Shown: one piece after another, positions 55,576-64,000 of the stretch
How positions within the stretch are numbered: position 1 is the first letter of the stretch
Layout of the letters: every line of letters starts with the position of its first letter
Origin: Chthoniobacterales bacterium
GTDB taxonomy: Bacteria > Verrucomicrobiota > Verrucomicrobiia > Chthoniobacterales > UBA10450
Direction of reading: 5' to 3'
Assembly: GCA_035556975.1 (NCBI GenBank)
Contig: DATMEN010000004.1
Span: 239,988 to 303,987, forward strand
Length of the DNA stretch: 64,000 nt
Translations under genes and position numbers: made by a program
The notes under the pieces: model-generated
Databases searched by the model: none
Seen by the model: only the letters and a program-made list of their open reading frames with translations
What the model was told of the DNA's origin: nothing

Positions 55576-56910
55576 TCAGGTGACCAGCTGATAAAGGAAT
55601 CCAGCCAGCCCACTGCCGATTACGACTGGGATCACGTTCCAATTCCACCTCAACATGCCGATGAAGGCGATCAAGCACGCGATGAGGGCAAACCAATCGA
55701 GCGTGTGGCCCACGGGGAAAAGCGCGTGCAGACCGAACCAGACCGCCAGGTTCAAAATCACTCCGACAATGGCGGCCGTGACGGTGGAGAGCGCGGCAGT
55801 CAACTTTCGGTTGCCGCGGAGTTGTTCGATATGCGGCGCGCCGAGCAGGATCCAGAGAAAACAAGGAACGAAAGTGACCCACGTGGTGATGAGCGCCCCC
55901 AGGGTCCCGGCGAGAAGCTGAGGCAAAAGGCCGGGTTGGTTCCATCCGCCCATGAAACCGACAAACTGGAGCACCATGATCAAAGGGCCCGGAGTTGTTT
56001 CGGCCAATCCAAGGCCGTCCATCATCTGGCCGGTCTGGAGCCAGCCAAAATTCTCCACCGCCTGTTGCGCGACATACGGCAGCACGGCGTAAGCGCCGCC
56101 GAAAGTGACCACCGCGGCTTTGCTAAAGAAAAGGCCTTCCCGAAAAAGCGTGTGGTCCCATCCCAGCCAGAGGCCGACGAGAAAAATCGGCATCCACCAA
56201 AGTGTCAGGCAAACCAAGGAGATTCGCGCCGCGCGAGCCCACGAAGGCCGGGCATGCCGCGGGGATTCCTCGTCATCACTGAGGACGCTGTCTTTCCCAT
56301 TTCCTTCGCTCACCGGGACGACGACGAACTTGTCCGGCCAAAACCGTCCTCCGATGAACCCCAGGAGGGCCGCCACGAGCACAATCGCCGGGAACGGAAT
56401 TTCGTACCAGAAAATGCCAATAAAGGCGGCCGCGGCGACGCTCCACATGACCGGGTTCCGCAACGCCTGTCGCCCGATCCGAATTAAAGCAACGGCGACG
56501 ATCGCCATGACTGCCGGCTTCAATCCGTAGAAAACCGCCGCGATCCAGGGAATGTTGCCATAGGCGGCATACAGGAAGCTAAGCGCCCAAAGCACAAACA
56601 CCGAGGGAATGACAAAGAGAGCGCCGGCGACAATGCCGCCCCAGGTCTTATGCAGGAGCCAGCCGATGTAAATGGCGAGCTGTTGCGCTTCCGGTCCCGG
56701 CAGCAGCATGCAAAAATTCAGCGCATGAAGAAAGCGCGACTGACTGATCCATCGCTTCTTCTCCACCAACTCCGTCTGCATGATCGCGATCTGTCCCGCC
56801 GGTCCTCCGAAACTAATGAACCCAAGCTTGAGCCAGAACCGAAAAGCTTCGGAGAAACCTGGGCTGGGGCCTGCCTTTTCGGCAAGCTGAGGTTTCTCCG
56901 GGAGCGTCAT
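55576..56910 (-). CDS. chrA: Chromate transporter ChrA family
   Basis: FGGPAGQIAIMQ...LLPGPEAQQLA, with a duplicated CHR half. Confidence 0.85.
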   Translation of the reverse strand: MTLPEKPQLAEKAGPSPGFSEAFRFWLKLGFISFGGPAGQIAIMQTELVEKKRWISQSRFLHALNFCMLLPGPEAQQLAIYIGWLLHKTWGGIVAGALFVIPSVFVLWALSFLYAAYGNIPWIAAVFYGLKPAVMAIVAVALIRIGRQALRNPVMWSVAAAAFIGIFWYEIPFPAIVLVAALLGFIGGRFWPDKFVVVPVSEGNGKDSVLSDDEESPRHARPSWARAARISLVCLTLWWMPIFLVGLWLGWDHTLFREGLFFSKAAVVTFGGAYAVLPYVAQQAVENFGWLQTGQMMDGLGLAETTPGPLIMVLQFVGFMGGWNQPGLLPQLLAGTLGALITTWVTFVPCFLWILLGAPHIEQLRGNRKLTAALSTVTAAIVGVILNLAVWFGLHALFPVGHTLDWFALIACLIAFIGMLRWNWNVIPVVIGSGLAGFLYQLVT

Positions 56911-57230
56911 GGTCTTCGATCAAGAACCCGCTGGCGCAGGTACAGAAAAAGAGGAAACCCGAGCGACACTCCCGCCAAAACAGTGGCCAGGACCGGCAAC
57001 CAGAGCTGGCGTATGGCCAGGCGGCGGCCCTCCAGCCAGATAAAGACGAAGAGAACCATGGCCGAGACGATCACATCCATCCCAAAGAATGCGCCGATGC
57101 GCGTGGCAAATAGCTCTTCGAAAAATAAAGGCAGATCCAGACCATGTGCTCCGAGCCATGGAATGAGATGAAGGTAAGGCAAGAGAAAGCCTGGGACGCA
57201 CAAGCCGAGATAAACGTGGCGTATCTTCAT
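56907..57230 (-). CDS. DUF2834-like small membrane protein
   Basis: 107 aa with 3-4 TM helices. ATGA overlap with chrA. Confidence 0.55.
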   Translation of the reverse strand: MKIRHVYLGLCVPGFLLPYLHLIPWLGAHGLDLPLFFEELFATRIGAFFGMDVIVSAMVLFVFIWLEGRRLAIRQLWLPVLATVLAGVSLGFPLFLYLRQRVLDRRP

Positions 57231-57269
57231 CGAGTCCCTTCCAAACCCAGCCCTCGTTCTGGTGTCTAG

Positions 57270-57563
57270 CTAACGAGCAGCGAGTAAGTAAAGCACCACC
57301 GAGGCAATGATAATCAGGATCGCGGTGAGCCACCAGATCGTTTTAATTCCGGCTGGCTTAATGGAAGACCCGAACTCTTCCCGGACGAACTGATCGTAGT
57401 CGAAATTCTCGTTCGGCAAATCAAGTGCTTCATAAGTGTCAGCGTCTTCCCGCCAGCCGGAGTTGTGGTCCGCGCCGCACTCCGGGCAGGCCAACGCGCC
57501 AGGTGGGACCTGTTCGCCGCATACGGGACACACGTCAGGTGTCTTCAGTTTTCTTTTCGCCAT
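57270..57563 (-). CDS. Zinc-ribbon protein with a C-terminal TM anchor
   Basis: CPVCGE...CPECG and the C-terminal TIWWLTAILIIIASVVLYLL. Confidence 0.55.
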   Translation of the reverse strand: MAKRKLKTPDVCPVCGEQVPPGALACPECGADHNSGWREDADTYEALDLPNENFDYDQFVREEFGSSIKPAGIKTIWWLTAILIIIASVVLYLLAAR

Positions 57564-57682
57564 CGGTTAGGCTCGGGCTCCGATAGCTACGACCAGGAAG
57601 AAGCGCATGAGTCGTGTCGCCGATAAAGCTGCTTACTTTGAATCAGCTCCTCCCAATTCAGGGAGGGTTATCGCCGGAACCG

Positions 57683-58129
57683 TTATGCCGGCGGAGCCTT
57701 CGAAGTCGCAATCTTGGCGCTCCCAATGAAGGTAGCAGCCTCGTCCACGACCAGCCGTGGCGATTCGATATCTCCGTTGACCGTGCAGCCAGCTCGCAGC
57801 TCACAACGCTCCGCCGCCGTGATGTTGCCTTCGACCGTGCCGTCCACTACCACGGATTTGGTCCGGATCTCACCCTTGATCATGGCATGTTCGCCAATAG
57901 TAAGGCGGCCATTAGAATCGATCTTCCCTTCGACGGTGCCGTCAATCAATAGCTCCTTCTGGAACTTAACCGAACCTTTGATGGAAACGCCGCTCGACAA
58001 AATGCCGCCGGCTCGCGGCAACTCCGCCGCACCGTTTGACGTTGGCTCGGATCGGACCGGCGCGGGTGGTGGCGTTGGGGCCATCGGCGTTACGGGTTCT
58101 ACTTTTCGGCTGCCTGAAAACATCTGCAT
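57683..58129 (-). CDS. Bactofilin family cytoskeletal protein
   Basis: Beta-helical repeats IKGSVKF...IDGTVEGKIDSNGRLTIGEHAMIKGEIRTKSVVVDGTVEGNI. Confidence 0.8.
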   Translation of the reverse strand: MQMFSGSRKVEPVTPMAPTPPPAPVRSEPTSNGAAELPRAGGILSSGVSIKGSVKFQKELLIDGTVEGKIDSNGRLTIGEHAMIKGEIRTKSVVVDGTVEGNITAAERCELRAGCTVNGDIESPRLVVDEAATFIGSAKIATSKAPPA

Positions 58130-58327
58130 GTGCGCTGATCTCCTTACTGACTACGGTTGGTGTAATGGGATTGATTCCCGCAGACAGCGCCCGGTCAGTT
58201 TACTCCACTTCCGCTTCGTTCCGGTCGAACGTTATCCGTCCAGCTATCTTGGGAGATAAGTCGCGAAAGGTCAACCGTTTGTTTGGGCCAGCCGGGTGCG
58301 CGGGCCAAGGGCAGCTGGAAAAACGTC

Positions 58328-59548
58328 CTAGGAAGCCGAACCCGCCGGAGCGGAGCGACGGGTCGAGGAAAAGTAATACAGCGTGCCGCAAAGGCCGAGG
58401 GCGGCGGCGCCAAGGAAGTTCGTGGCTGGTCCCAGCTTCCAGAGGTAGGCGCCGAGGATCGCGGCGGCGCTGACCAGAAGATCGCGCACGAGATAGTAGG
58501 CGCCAATCATCTGGCCGCGGCGTTGAGGCTCGCAGTAGCCTATGATCAAAGCTTTGCGCGACGTATCGCCAAATTCTTTCAGCCCGCGGATCGCGAAGGC
58601 GACCAGGAGCATGGCGAAGCTGCCCGAGATCCAAAGCGCCAGCGGGAAGAGAGTGAAGAAAACGAAGGTCGCGAGGATGAAAGGCTCGCGGCGATTTTTG
58701 TCGGCAAAATGCGACGCGGGAATGATGCACAGGGTGGCGGTCAACATTTCCACCGTGGTCAGGATGCCAAACTGTTTCGCGCTGACGCCGATGTGATCCA
58801 TCGCATAGATGACCACCCACGCGAATGGGATGCGTTCGCAAAAGCGGATGAGAATATCGCTGAGCAAAAGCCGGCGGAGCGGAAGGTCGAATCCCCGCAG
58901 GCTCCGCCAGAACGTCCAACGCTCAACCGCTTCGACCGGTTGAGGGGGCGCTTCATCCACCCGGCGCTGCACCAGGATCGTGGCGCCGGAAAGTAGGATT
59001 GAGACGATCAAACCGATCCGCACGCCGTCGATGATGCCGAAACGATCGATCAGGATCCCGCCGAGAAGCGGCGCGACCATGATCGGCAACCTCTTGATGA
59101 CTGAATTAAGGCCAACGCCCATGGCGTGGCGATTCGCGCCGAGGGTAGCGCCGATCAGGGAGAAGGTTGCGGGCAAGGAGAAGCAAGTCCACGAAAGAAA
59201 AAGAAACATGCCGGCGATGACCGCGCCCCAATGGGGCACGAGAAGGACGACCGAGTAGCCGACGATCGAGAAGACGTTGAAGGCGAGAAAAGCGCGACGA
59301 TGTCCCCAGCGGTCGACCAGGACGCCGCCGGGATAGGCGTAGACCGCACCCAGCAAAGTCCGGATCCCGTCGAAAAGCCCAATGACGAAAATTGTTGCGC
59401 CGAGGGCCTGGAGGTATTTCGGGACGAAACGCATCCAGAGTTCTTCCCCGATGCCGATCACGAACGTCGCCACGAGCAGGACGACGAGGTTGCGCTTGAG
59501 ACCGAGGAAATCGGCGGTCCTGCGCCAGAAGTTCACGATGGGTTCCAA
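58328..59548 (-). CDS. MFS transporter
   Basis: 406 aa with about 12 TM helices and a GVLVDRWGHRR loop motif. Confidence 0.75.
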   Translation of the reverse strand: MEPIVNFWRRTADFLGLKRNLVVLLVATFVIGIGEELWMRFVPKYLQALGATIFVIGLFDGIRTLLGAVYAYPGGVLVDRWGHRRAFLAFNVFSIVGYSVVLLVPHWGAVIAGMFLFLSWTCFSLPATFSLIGATLGANRHAMGVGLNSVIKRLPIMVAPLLGGILIDRFGIIDGVRIGLIVSILLSGATILVQRRVDEAPPQPVEAVERWTFWRSLRGFDLPLRRLLLSDILIRFCERIPFAWVVIYAMDHIGVSAKQFGILTTVEMLTATLCIIPASHFADKNRREPFILATFVFFTLFPLALWISGSFAMLLVAFAIRGLKEFGDTSRKALIIGYCEPQRRGQMIGAYYLVRDLLVSAAAILGAYLWKLGPATNFLGAAALGLCGTLYYFSSTRRSAPAGSAS

Positions 59549-59619
59549 TTCACGGCCATTGCATGATCTTATCGAAATCGGATGGTCACAATCGAGTCAT
59601 ATTGGTTAGGAAAGAGCGT

Positions 59620-59788
59620 GTCATCCCGAGTCGCGCAGACGGCGAGGGACCTCGCAGTCGCAGAGAAACACACACAAAACCGCTTTCGCGATCCACGAAG
59701 TGAGCACTTACGAACATTGCGGTTTCTTGTTTGAGTAATGTGTGAGCGTCTGGGAGGTCCCTCGCCGTCCGCGCGGCTCGGGTGACAG
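59620..59788. repeat. REP-D inverted pair (~170-bp imperfect palindrome)
   Basis: GTCATCCCGAGTCGCGCAGACGGCGAGGGACCTC ... GAGGTCCCTCGCCGTCCGCGCGGCTCGGGTGACAG. Confidence 0.85.
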
Positions 59789-60924
59789 CGCGCCGTCATG
59801 CCTCGACACTCGCAGCCAACACGAAGCGTGCTTACACTGGCGCCGTGCGCGCAGCCTGGAAAAAAATTCGTTATCGGCTCGAGTGGCTCGCTCTCAAGAG
59901 CGCGGCGGCGATCGTTCCGCTCCTTTCTCGAAAGGCGTGTTATCGGCTGGCGCTGTTTATTGGCGCGGTGGCCGCCACCTTGGATCGAGCCGGCCGGCGA
60001 GTGGCCTTAAGCAATCTCGAGGCGGCCTTCGGCGATGAACTTTCGCCGGGCCGCCGAGCCGAAATTGTCCGCGAATCCTACCAGCATTTCGCCAGGACGA
60101 TGATCGACCTTTTCTGGAGCCCGCGTCTGACCAGGGAGAACTACTCGCGCCATATCGAGGTCGAAAATCTCGATCTCTGGCAGGCAGAAATAAGACCCGG
60201 GAACCCCGTCATCTTCGCTTGCTGCCACTACAGCAACTTCGAATGGATCGCCAATGCGGCCAACTATTTCGGCGTGGAGAGCGCACTCGTTACCCAGGAA
60301 TTCAAAAATCCCTTGCTCAACCCGATCTTTGTCGGCCTGCGGGAATGCAGCGGTCAACGGGTCATTCATCGGGGAGGAGCGGTTCTCCAACTTTACAAGA
60401 CGCTCCATCGCGGAGGGCGCGTGGCCATCCTGACCGATCTGACCATTCCCGCTCAATTGCCCACGGTGGCGATCGATTGTTTTGGAATGAAGACGAGCGT
60501 CACGTTCGCGCACGCGTGGGCGCACCGGCGCGCCGGCGCGACGGTGATCAACGTACACGCTGAGCCCCTGCCGCAAGGCCGTTACCGGATTGTTTTTCAC
60601 TCTCGGATCGAGTTTCCGCCGGAGGCATCCTTTCAGGAGATCGCGCAGGCGTGCTGGGACCAGTTCGAGCCATACGTTCGGGCGAACCCCGCGCCGTGGC
60701 TTTGGATGTACAAACATTGGCGTTATCGCCCCATCGCCGCGGACCCGGCGGCATATCCTCCTTACGCGAATGTCTCCCCGGAATTCGAGCGCCGGCTCGA
60801 GGAAAGTGCGAAAAATCTCGAGCCGATGTCTTCCACTTTGTCCTTCGACCTGACCCCGGACGGCAGGCTCCAGCCCACAGCAACTATTGACAAAAGCCCG
60901 CCGATGCGCTTTTCCAGTGATTAA
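59782..60924 (+). CDS. Lysophospholipid/lipid A acyltransferase (LpxL/HtrB family-like)
   Basis: NLEAAFG and CCHYSNFEW (H-x4-E acyltransferase motif). The start is uncertain: GTG 59782 lies inside REP-D, and GTG 59842 is the alternative. Confidence 0.7.
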   Translation: MTARRHASTLAANTKRAYTGAVRAAWKKIRYRLEWLALKSAAAIVPLLSRKACYRLALFIGAVAATLDRAGRRVALSNLEAAFGDELSPGRRAEIVRESYQHFARTMIDLFWSPRLTRENYSRHIEVENLDLWQAEIRPGNPVIFACCHYSNFEWIANAANYFGVESALVTQEFKNPLLNPIFVGLRECSGQRVIHRGGAVLQLYKTLHRGGRVAILTDLTIPAQLPTVAIDCFGMKTSVTFAHAWAHRRAGATVINVHAEPLPQGRYRIVFHSRIEFPPEASFQEIAQACWDQFEPYVRANPAPWLWMYKHWRYRPIAADPAAYPPYANVSPEFERRLEESAKNLEPMSSTLSFDLTPDGRLQPTATIDKSPPMRFSSD

Positions 60925-60926
60925 CT

Positions 60927-61532
60927 ATGCAACATCTCTCCCGTCTTTTTCTGTTGTGCATCGGCGCCACGGCCGCCCTTTTTCTGACGAGCTGCGGAAC
61001 GCCCGCTGTGTCCTCCGGCAGTTATCGCGTCACCGCGCATCGCCCCCACGATCCGTCCAAAGTGGAAGTGAAGCTCTCTACCTCAACGCAGAATGTCTAC
61101 GTCATGGAAGGCGACCGCCTGCTCATGGCGGTGCAAGGCAACGTCGGCAAGGCCGGCTCGGAGACCCCGAAAGGCCGTTTCACCATTTATAACAAGATCA
61201 AGAACAAGCGCCGGATCAGCCATCCCGATGCCGGCTATCCCATGGCCTATTGGTGCGAATTCAAACCCGCGTATGGGTTCCACGAAGGCTTCGTCCATGG
61301 CAGCCCGCGCACGCATGGCTGCATCCGGCTTCACCGCGAGGCCGCAGCCCGGCTTTACGCCCTGACCAGGATCGGCACGCCTGTCTACATCGCCACGTCG
61401 CTTCCCGAAGACCGCGAGTACGGCAGCCAGGTTCGCAAGCTCGATCAAAGCCGCGATCCAGACCCCCCTCGCTCGGCCATGATGTCGGAGAGCTGGTTCA
61501 AGGATCCTCCGGGCCCACTGCTGGTGGATTGA
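60927..61532 (+). CDS. L,D-transpeptidase (YkuD) lipoprotein
   Basis: Lipobox FLTSCG. Catalytic HGSPRTHGCIRL. Confidence 0.85.
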   Translation: MQHLSRLFLLCIGATAALFLTSCGTPAVSSGSYRVTAHRPHDPSKVEVKLSTSTQNVYVMEGDRLLMAVQGNVGKAGSETPKGRFTIYNKIKNKRRISHPDAGYPMAYWCEFKPAYGFHEGFVHGSPRTHGCIRLHREAAARLYALTRIGTPVYIATSLPEDREYGSQVRKLDQSRDPDPPRSAMMSESWFKDPPGPLLVD

Positions 61533-61610
61533 TCTGAACCCAAAAATGAGAAGTTTCGGCGGAGGTCGCTGTCCGCTGGAAACGGGTGTAATGTCTCGCC
61601 GACCAGAGCC

Positions 61611-62849
61611 ATGAGCACGAATCTTATCTCCAGCGGCACCACGGCGCGCGAGAAGGTGAACTTGCGCACGCCGGAGGTGATGACCGCCGTGCAGGAGCAA
61701 GTCGAGTCCCATTACCGGAGCGATATTGTCGACAAGGTCCGGCGGGCGGGGGGAATCCTGACCTTTGGCGACGTGACGGTGCGGCTCGCGAAGCAATTCG
61801 GATTTTGCTACGGCGTCGAGCGCGCGATCGATCTGGCGTATGCCGCGCGCAAGGTCTTCAAGGACCGCCGGCTGTTCATCGTCGGCGAGATTATTCACAA
61901 CCCGGAGGTCAACGACCAGATCTCCTCGTTGGGGATCAAGAATTTAATGGGGAAAAACAAGCAGGCGGACATCGAGGATCTAAAGCCGGAAGACGTCGTC
62001 ATCGTCCCCGCCTTCGGCACGGAGCTTTCCACCCTCCAGCAAATCAAAGAGCGCGGCTGCCAGATTGTCGACACGACCTGCGGCGATGTCATGAGTGTGT
62101 GGAAACGGGTGCGCAAGTACGCGAGCGAATCCGCCACCTCGATCATCCATGGCAAGGCTGAACACGAGGAAACAAAGGCCACCAGCTCCCGCGCGCTTGG
62201 CGATGGCAAAGGGCATTATCTTGTCGTCCTGACGCTGCCGGATACCGATTATGTCTGCGAGTATATCCGGCACGGCGGCGATAAGCAGGCCTTCCTCGAG
62301 AAATTCCGGAACGCGCATTCGCCCGGCTTCGATCCCGATTTGCATCTGCGAACGATCGGGGTGGCGAACCAGACCACGATGCTGCGCGGCGAGACCGAGG
62401 AAGTGCAGCGGCGTATTCGACAGGCGATCATGGATCGCGACGGGCCGGAGCTGGCGGCAACGAACTTTCGTTTCTTCGACACGATCTGCGGAGCCACCCA
62501 GGAGCGGCAGGATGCCTTGCGCGAACTGCTCGATATTAAAATGAATCTGCTGCTGGTCGTCGGCGGCTATAACAGCTCGAACACTTCGCACCTGGCGGAG
62601 ATGGGCGAGGAGAAGCTGCCAACCTATTTCGTGCGGAATGCATCCCGGTTGTTATCCGAAACGGAGATTTTGCACTACGATCTCCACGCGCGAGAAGAAG
62701 TGGTGGCAAAAGACTGGTTGCCGCCCGGCCCGATTGTGGTCGGCATTACCGCCGGGGCGTCCTGCCCGAATAATTTGATCGAGGAAACGCTGGTGCGGCT
62801 CTTCGAGTTGCGCGGGATCAAACGGGAAGAGCTCGAAGCGGCGGCGTAG
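61611..62849 (+). CDS. ispH: 4-hydroxy-3-methylbut-2-enyl diphosphate reductase (long form)
   Basis: FGFCYGVERAI, IIHNPEV, VANQTT, YNSSNTSHL. Confidence 0.85.
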   Translation: MSTNLISSGTTAREKVNLRTPEVMTAVQEQVESHYRSDIVDKVRRAGGILTFGDVTVRLAKQFGFCYGVERAIDLAYAARKVFKDRRLFIVGEIIHNPEVNDQISSLGIKNLMGKNKQADIEDLKPEDVVIVPAFGTELSTLQQIKERGCQIVDTTCGDVMSVWKRVRKYASESATSIIHGKAEHEETKATSSRALGDGKGHYLVVLTLPDTDYVCEYIRHGGDKQAFLEKFRNAHSPGFDPDLHLRTIGVANQTTMLRGETEEVQRRIRQAIMDRDGPELAATNFRFFDTICGATQERQDALRELLDIKMNLLLVVGGYNSSNTSHLAEMGEEKLPTYFVRNASRLLSETEILHYDLHAREEVVAKDWLPPGPIVVGITAGASCPNNLIEETLVRLFELRGIKREELEAAA

Positions 62850-62858
62850 CGATTTTTT

Positions 62859-62961
62859 GTCATCCCGAGCGAAGCGAAAGCGAAGTCGAGGGACCCCGCT
62901 GCACCACGTTGGCCCAGTCTCTCATTAAACGACGGGGTCCCTCGGCTCCGCTCGGGATGAC
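62859..62961. repeat. REP-D palindrome (103 bp)
   Basis: GTCATCCCGAGCGAAGCGAAAGCGAAGTCGAGGGACCCCG ... CGGGGTCCCTCGGCTCCGCTCGGGATGAC. Confidence 0.9.
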
Positions 62962-63001
62962 GACAGACACGCGATCAGGACCTCAGGCGCGAAGCTTCAG
63001 T

Positions 63002-63841
63002 ATGCGTGCAATCTGGAAGGGCAGTATCAGTTTCGGCCTGGTCAATATCCCGATCGCTCTTTATCCCGCGACGCGGAGAGAAGAACTGAAGTTCCGATTG
63101 CTTCGGGCGAAAGACCACAGCCCGGTCAATTACAAGCGCGTCGCGGAGAAGGATGGCAAGGAGGTTCCCTGGGACCAAATCGTGAAGGGTTACGAGTACG
63201 AGAAAGGGAAGTTCGTCGTGCTGGATGAAAAAGATTTTCAGCGCGTCGATCTCGAGGCGACGCAGACCGTGGACATCCAGGACTTCGTCGATCTCGAGGA
63301 GATCGACCCGATGTATTTTTACAAACCGTATTACCTCGAGCCGCAAAAGGGCGGAGACAAGGCGTATGTGCTGCTGCGCGAGGCCCTCGCTGATGGCAAA
63401 AAGGTCGGGATTGCAAAAGTCGTGATCAAGACCCGGCAATACCTGGCCGGGGTGAAGGCGCTAAAGCACGCGCTTGTCCTCGAGTTAATGCATTTCGCCG
63501 AGGAATTGTTGGATGCGGAGAAGCTGAAAGTGCCGAAAAAGCTGGAGGTAGGGAAGCGGGAGAAGGAGATGGCCAAAGCGCTGGTCGAGAGCATGAGCAC
63601 AAAGTGGAATCCCGAGAAATATCACGATGATTATCGCGAGGCGCTGATGGAAGTGATTGAGGAGAAAGTGGAGTCGGGCGGCAAGGAAATCGAAGAAAAG
63701 CCGAAGGCGAAGAAGGAATCGACAAAGGTCATCGACCTGGTGGCGGTGTTGCAGGAGAGCCTGGCGAAATCGCAGGGCGCGAAGAAGAAAAAGAGCACGC
63801 CAAAGCGGACCGCAAAGCAGCACGCGAAGAAAGCGGCGTAA
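63002..63841 (+). CDS. ku: Ku protein (non-homologous end joining)
   Basis: Trimmed to MRAIWKGSISFGLVNIPIALYPAT, with a lysine-rich C-terminal tail. Confidence 0.9.
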   Translation: MRAIWKGSISFGLVNIPIALYPATRREELKFRLLRAKDHSPVNYKRVAEKDGKEVPWDQIVKGYEYEKGKFVVLDEKDFQRVDLEATQTVDIQDFVDLEEIDPMYFYKPYYLEPQKGGDKAYVLLREALADGKKVGIAKVVIKTRQYLAGVKALKHALVLELMHFAEELLDAEKLKVPKKLEVGKREKEMAKALVESMSTKWNPEKYHDDYREALMEVIEEKVESGGKEIEEKPKAKKESTKVIDLVAVLQESLAKSQGAKKKKSTPKRTAKQHAKKAA

Positions 63842-63874
63842 GCTCCGAACTGATCCGGGCGGCGCGAAATCGCT

Positions 63875-64000
63875 GTCATCCCGAACTGCGCAGACGGCGA
63901 GGGACCTCACAAGTGCTCAACCGCTTCCGCGTTGTATTGGGCGTGTTCATCGGATAACGCCGGCTCATTTTCCGGTGATGCGCCTTGCGACTGTGAGGTC
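63875..64000. repeat. REP-D element (the right arm is cut by the window end)
   Basis: GTCATCCCGAACTGCGCAGACGGCGAGGGACCTC ... TGCGACTGTGAGGTC at the window edge. Confidence 0.7.

Overview
This is a 64-kb chromosomal segment from a high-GC bacterium. Hand-counted 60-nt lines give about 60-73% GC in core genes. The gene content (LpxB/LpxL, DUF2339, bactofilin, Zwf-OpcA, long-form IspH, Ku, many palindromic repeat families) resembles soil Verrucomicrobiota-like genomes, but that placement is an unverified guess. About 60 protein genes are supported, and most are housekeeping: tmk-holB, fabG, msrA, pgl, fcl, lpxB, mutL, uppP, purA, uppS, hemW, queA, zwf-opcA, glyA, chrA, ispH and ku. No rRNA, tRNA or CRISPR array was seen. 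Four things stand out. (1) A lower-GC islet at 4.9-8.6 kb is the wreck of a type I restriction-modification locus. hsdM, hsdS and hsdR each survive only as short terminal remnants. Two intact genes are embedded in it: a 611-aa SIR2-like NADase fused to a cytoplasmic Cache/PDC-like sensor domain, and a 283-aa protein with a HEPN-like C-terminus. This pair is my best candidate for an undescribed defence system. (2) A second lower-GC islet at 49.9-51.4 kb encodes GYF_2, DUF4234-like and DUF2971 proteins. Next to it is a 2.2-kb block, holding a frameshifted amidohydrolase and a nucleotidyltransferase two-gene module, bracketed by a 20-bp exact duplication of the glyA 3' end. (3) Intergenic palindromes are unusually dense, with at least seven families. 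Two of these families each flank their own REP-associated tyrosine transposase (RAYT). Another class is hairpins whose arms are hexanucleotide-periodic. (4) In-frame hexanucleotide microsatellites lie inside or at the start of housekeeping genes: (ACGAGC)11 in a squalene/phytoene synthase and (ATGACG)4 at the opcA start. There is also an LMW-phosphatase/SHMT fusion ORF. All calls come from reading the sequence and ORF translations by eye. No database search was run.
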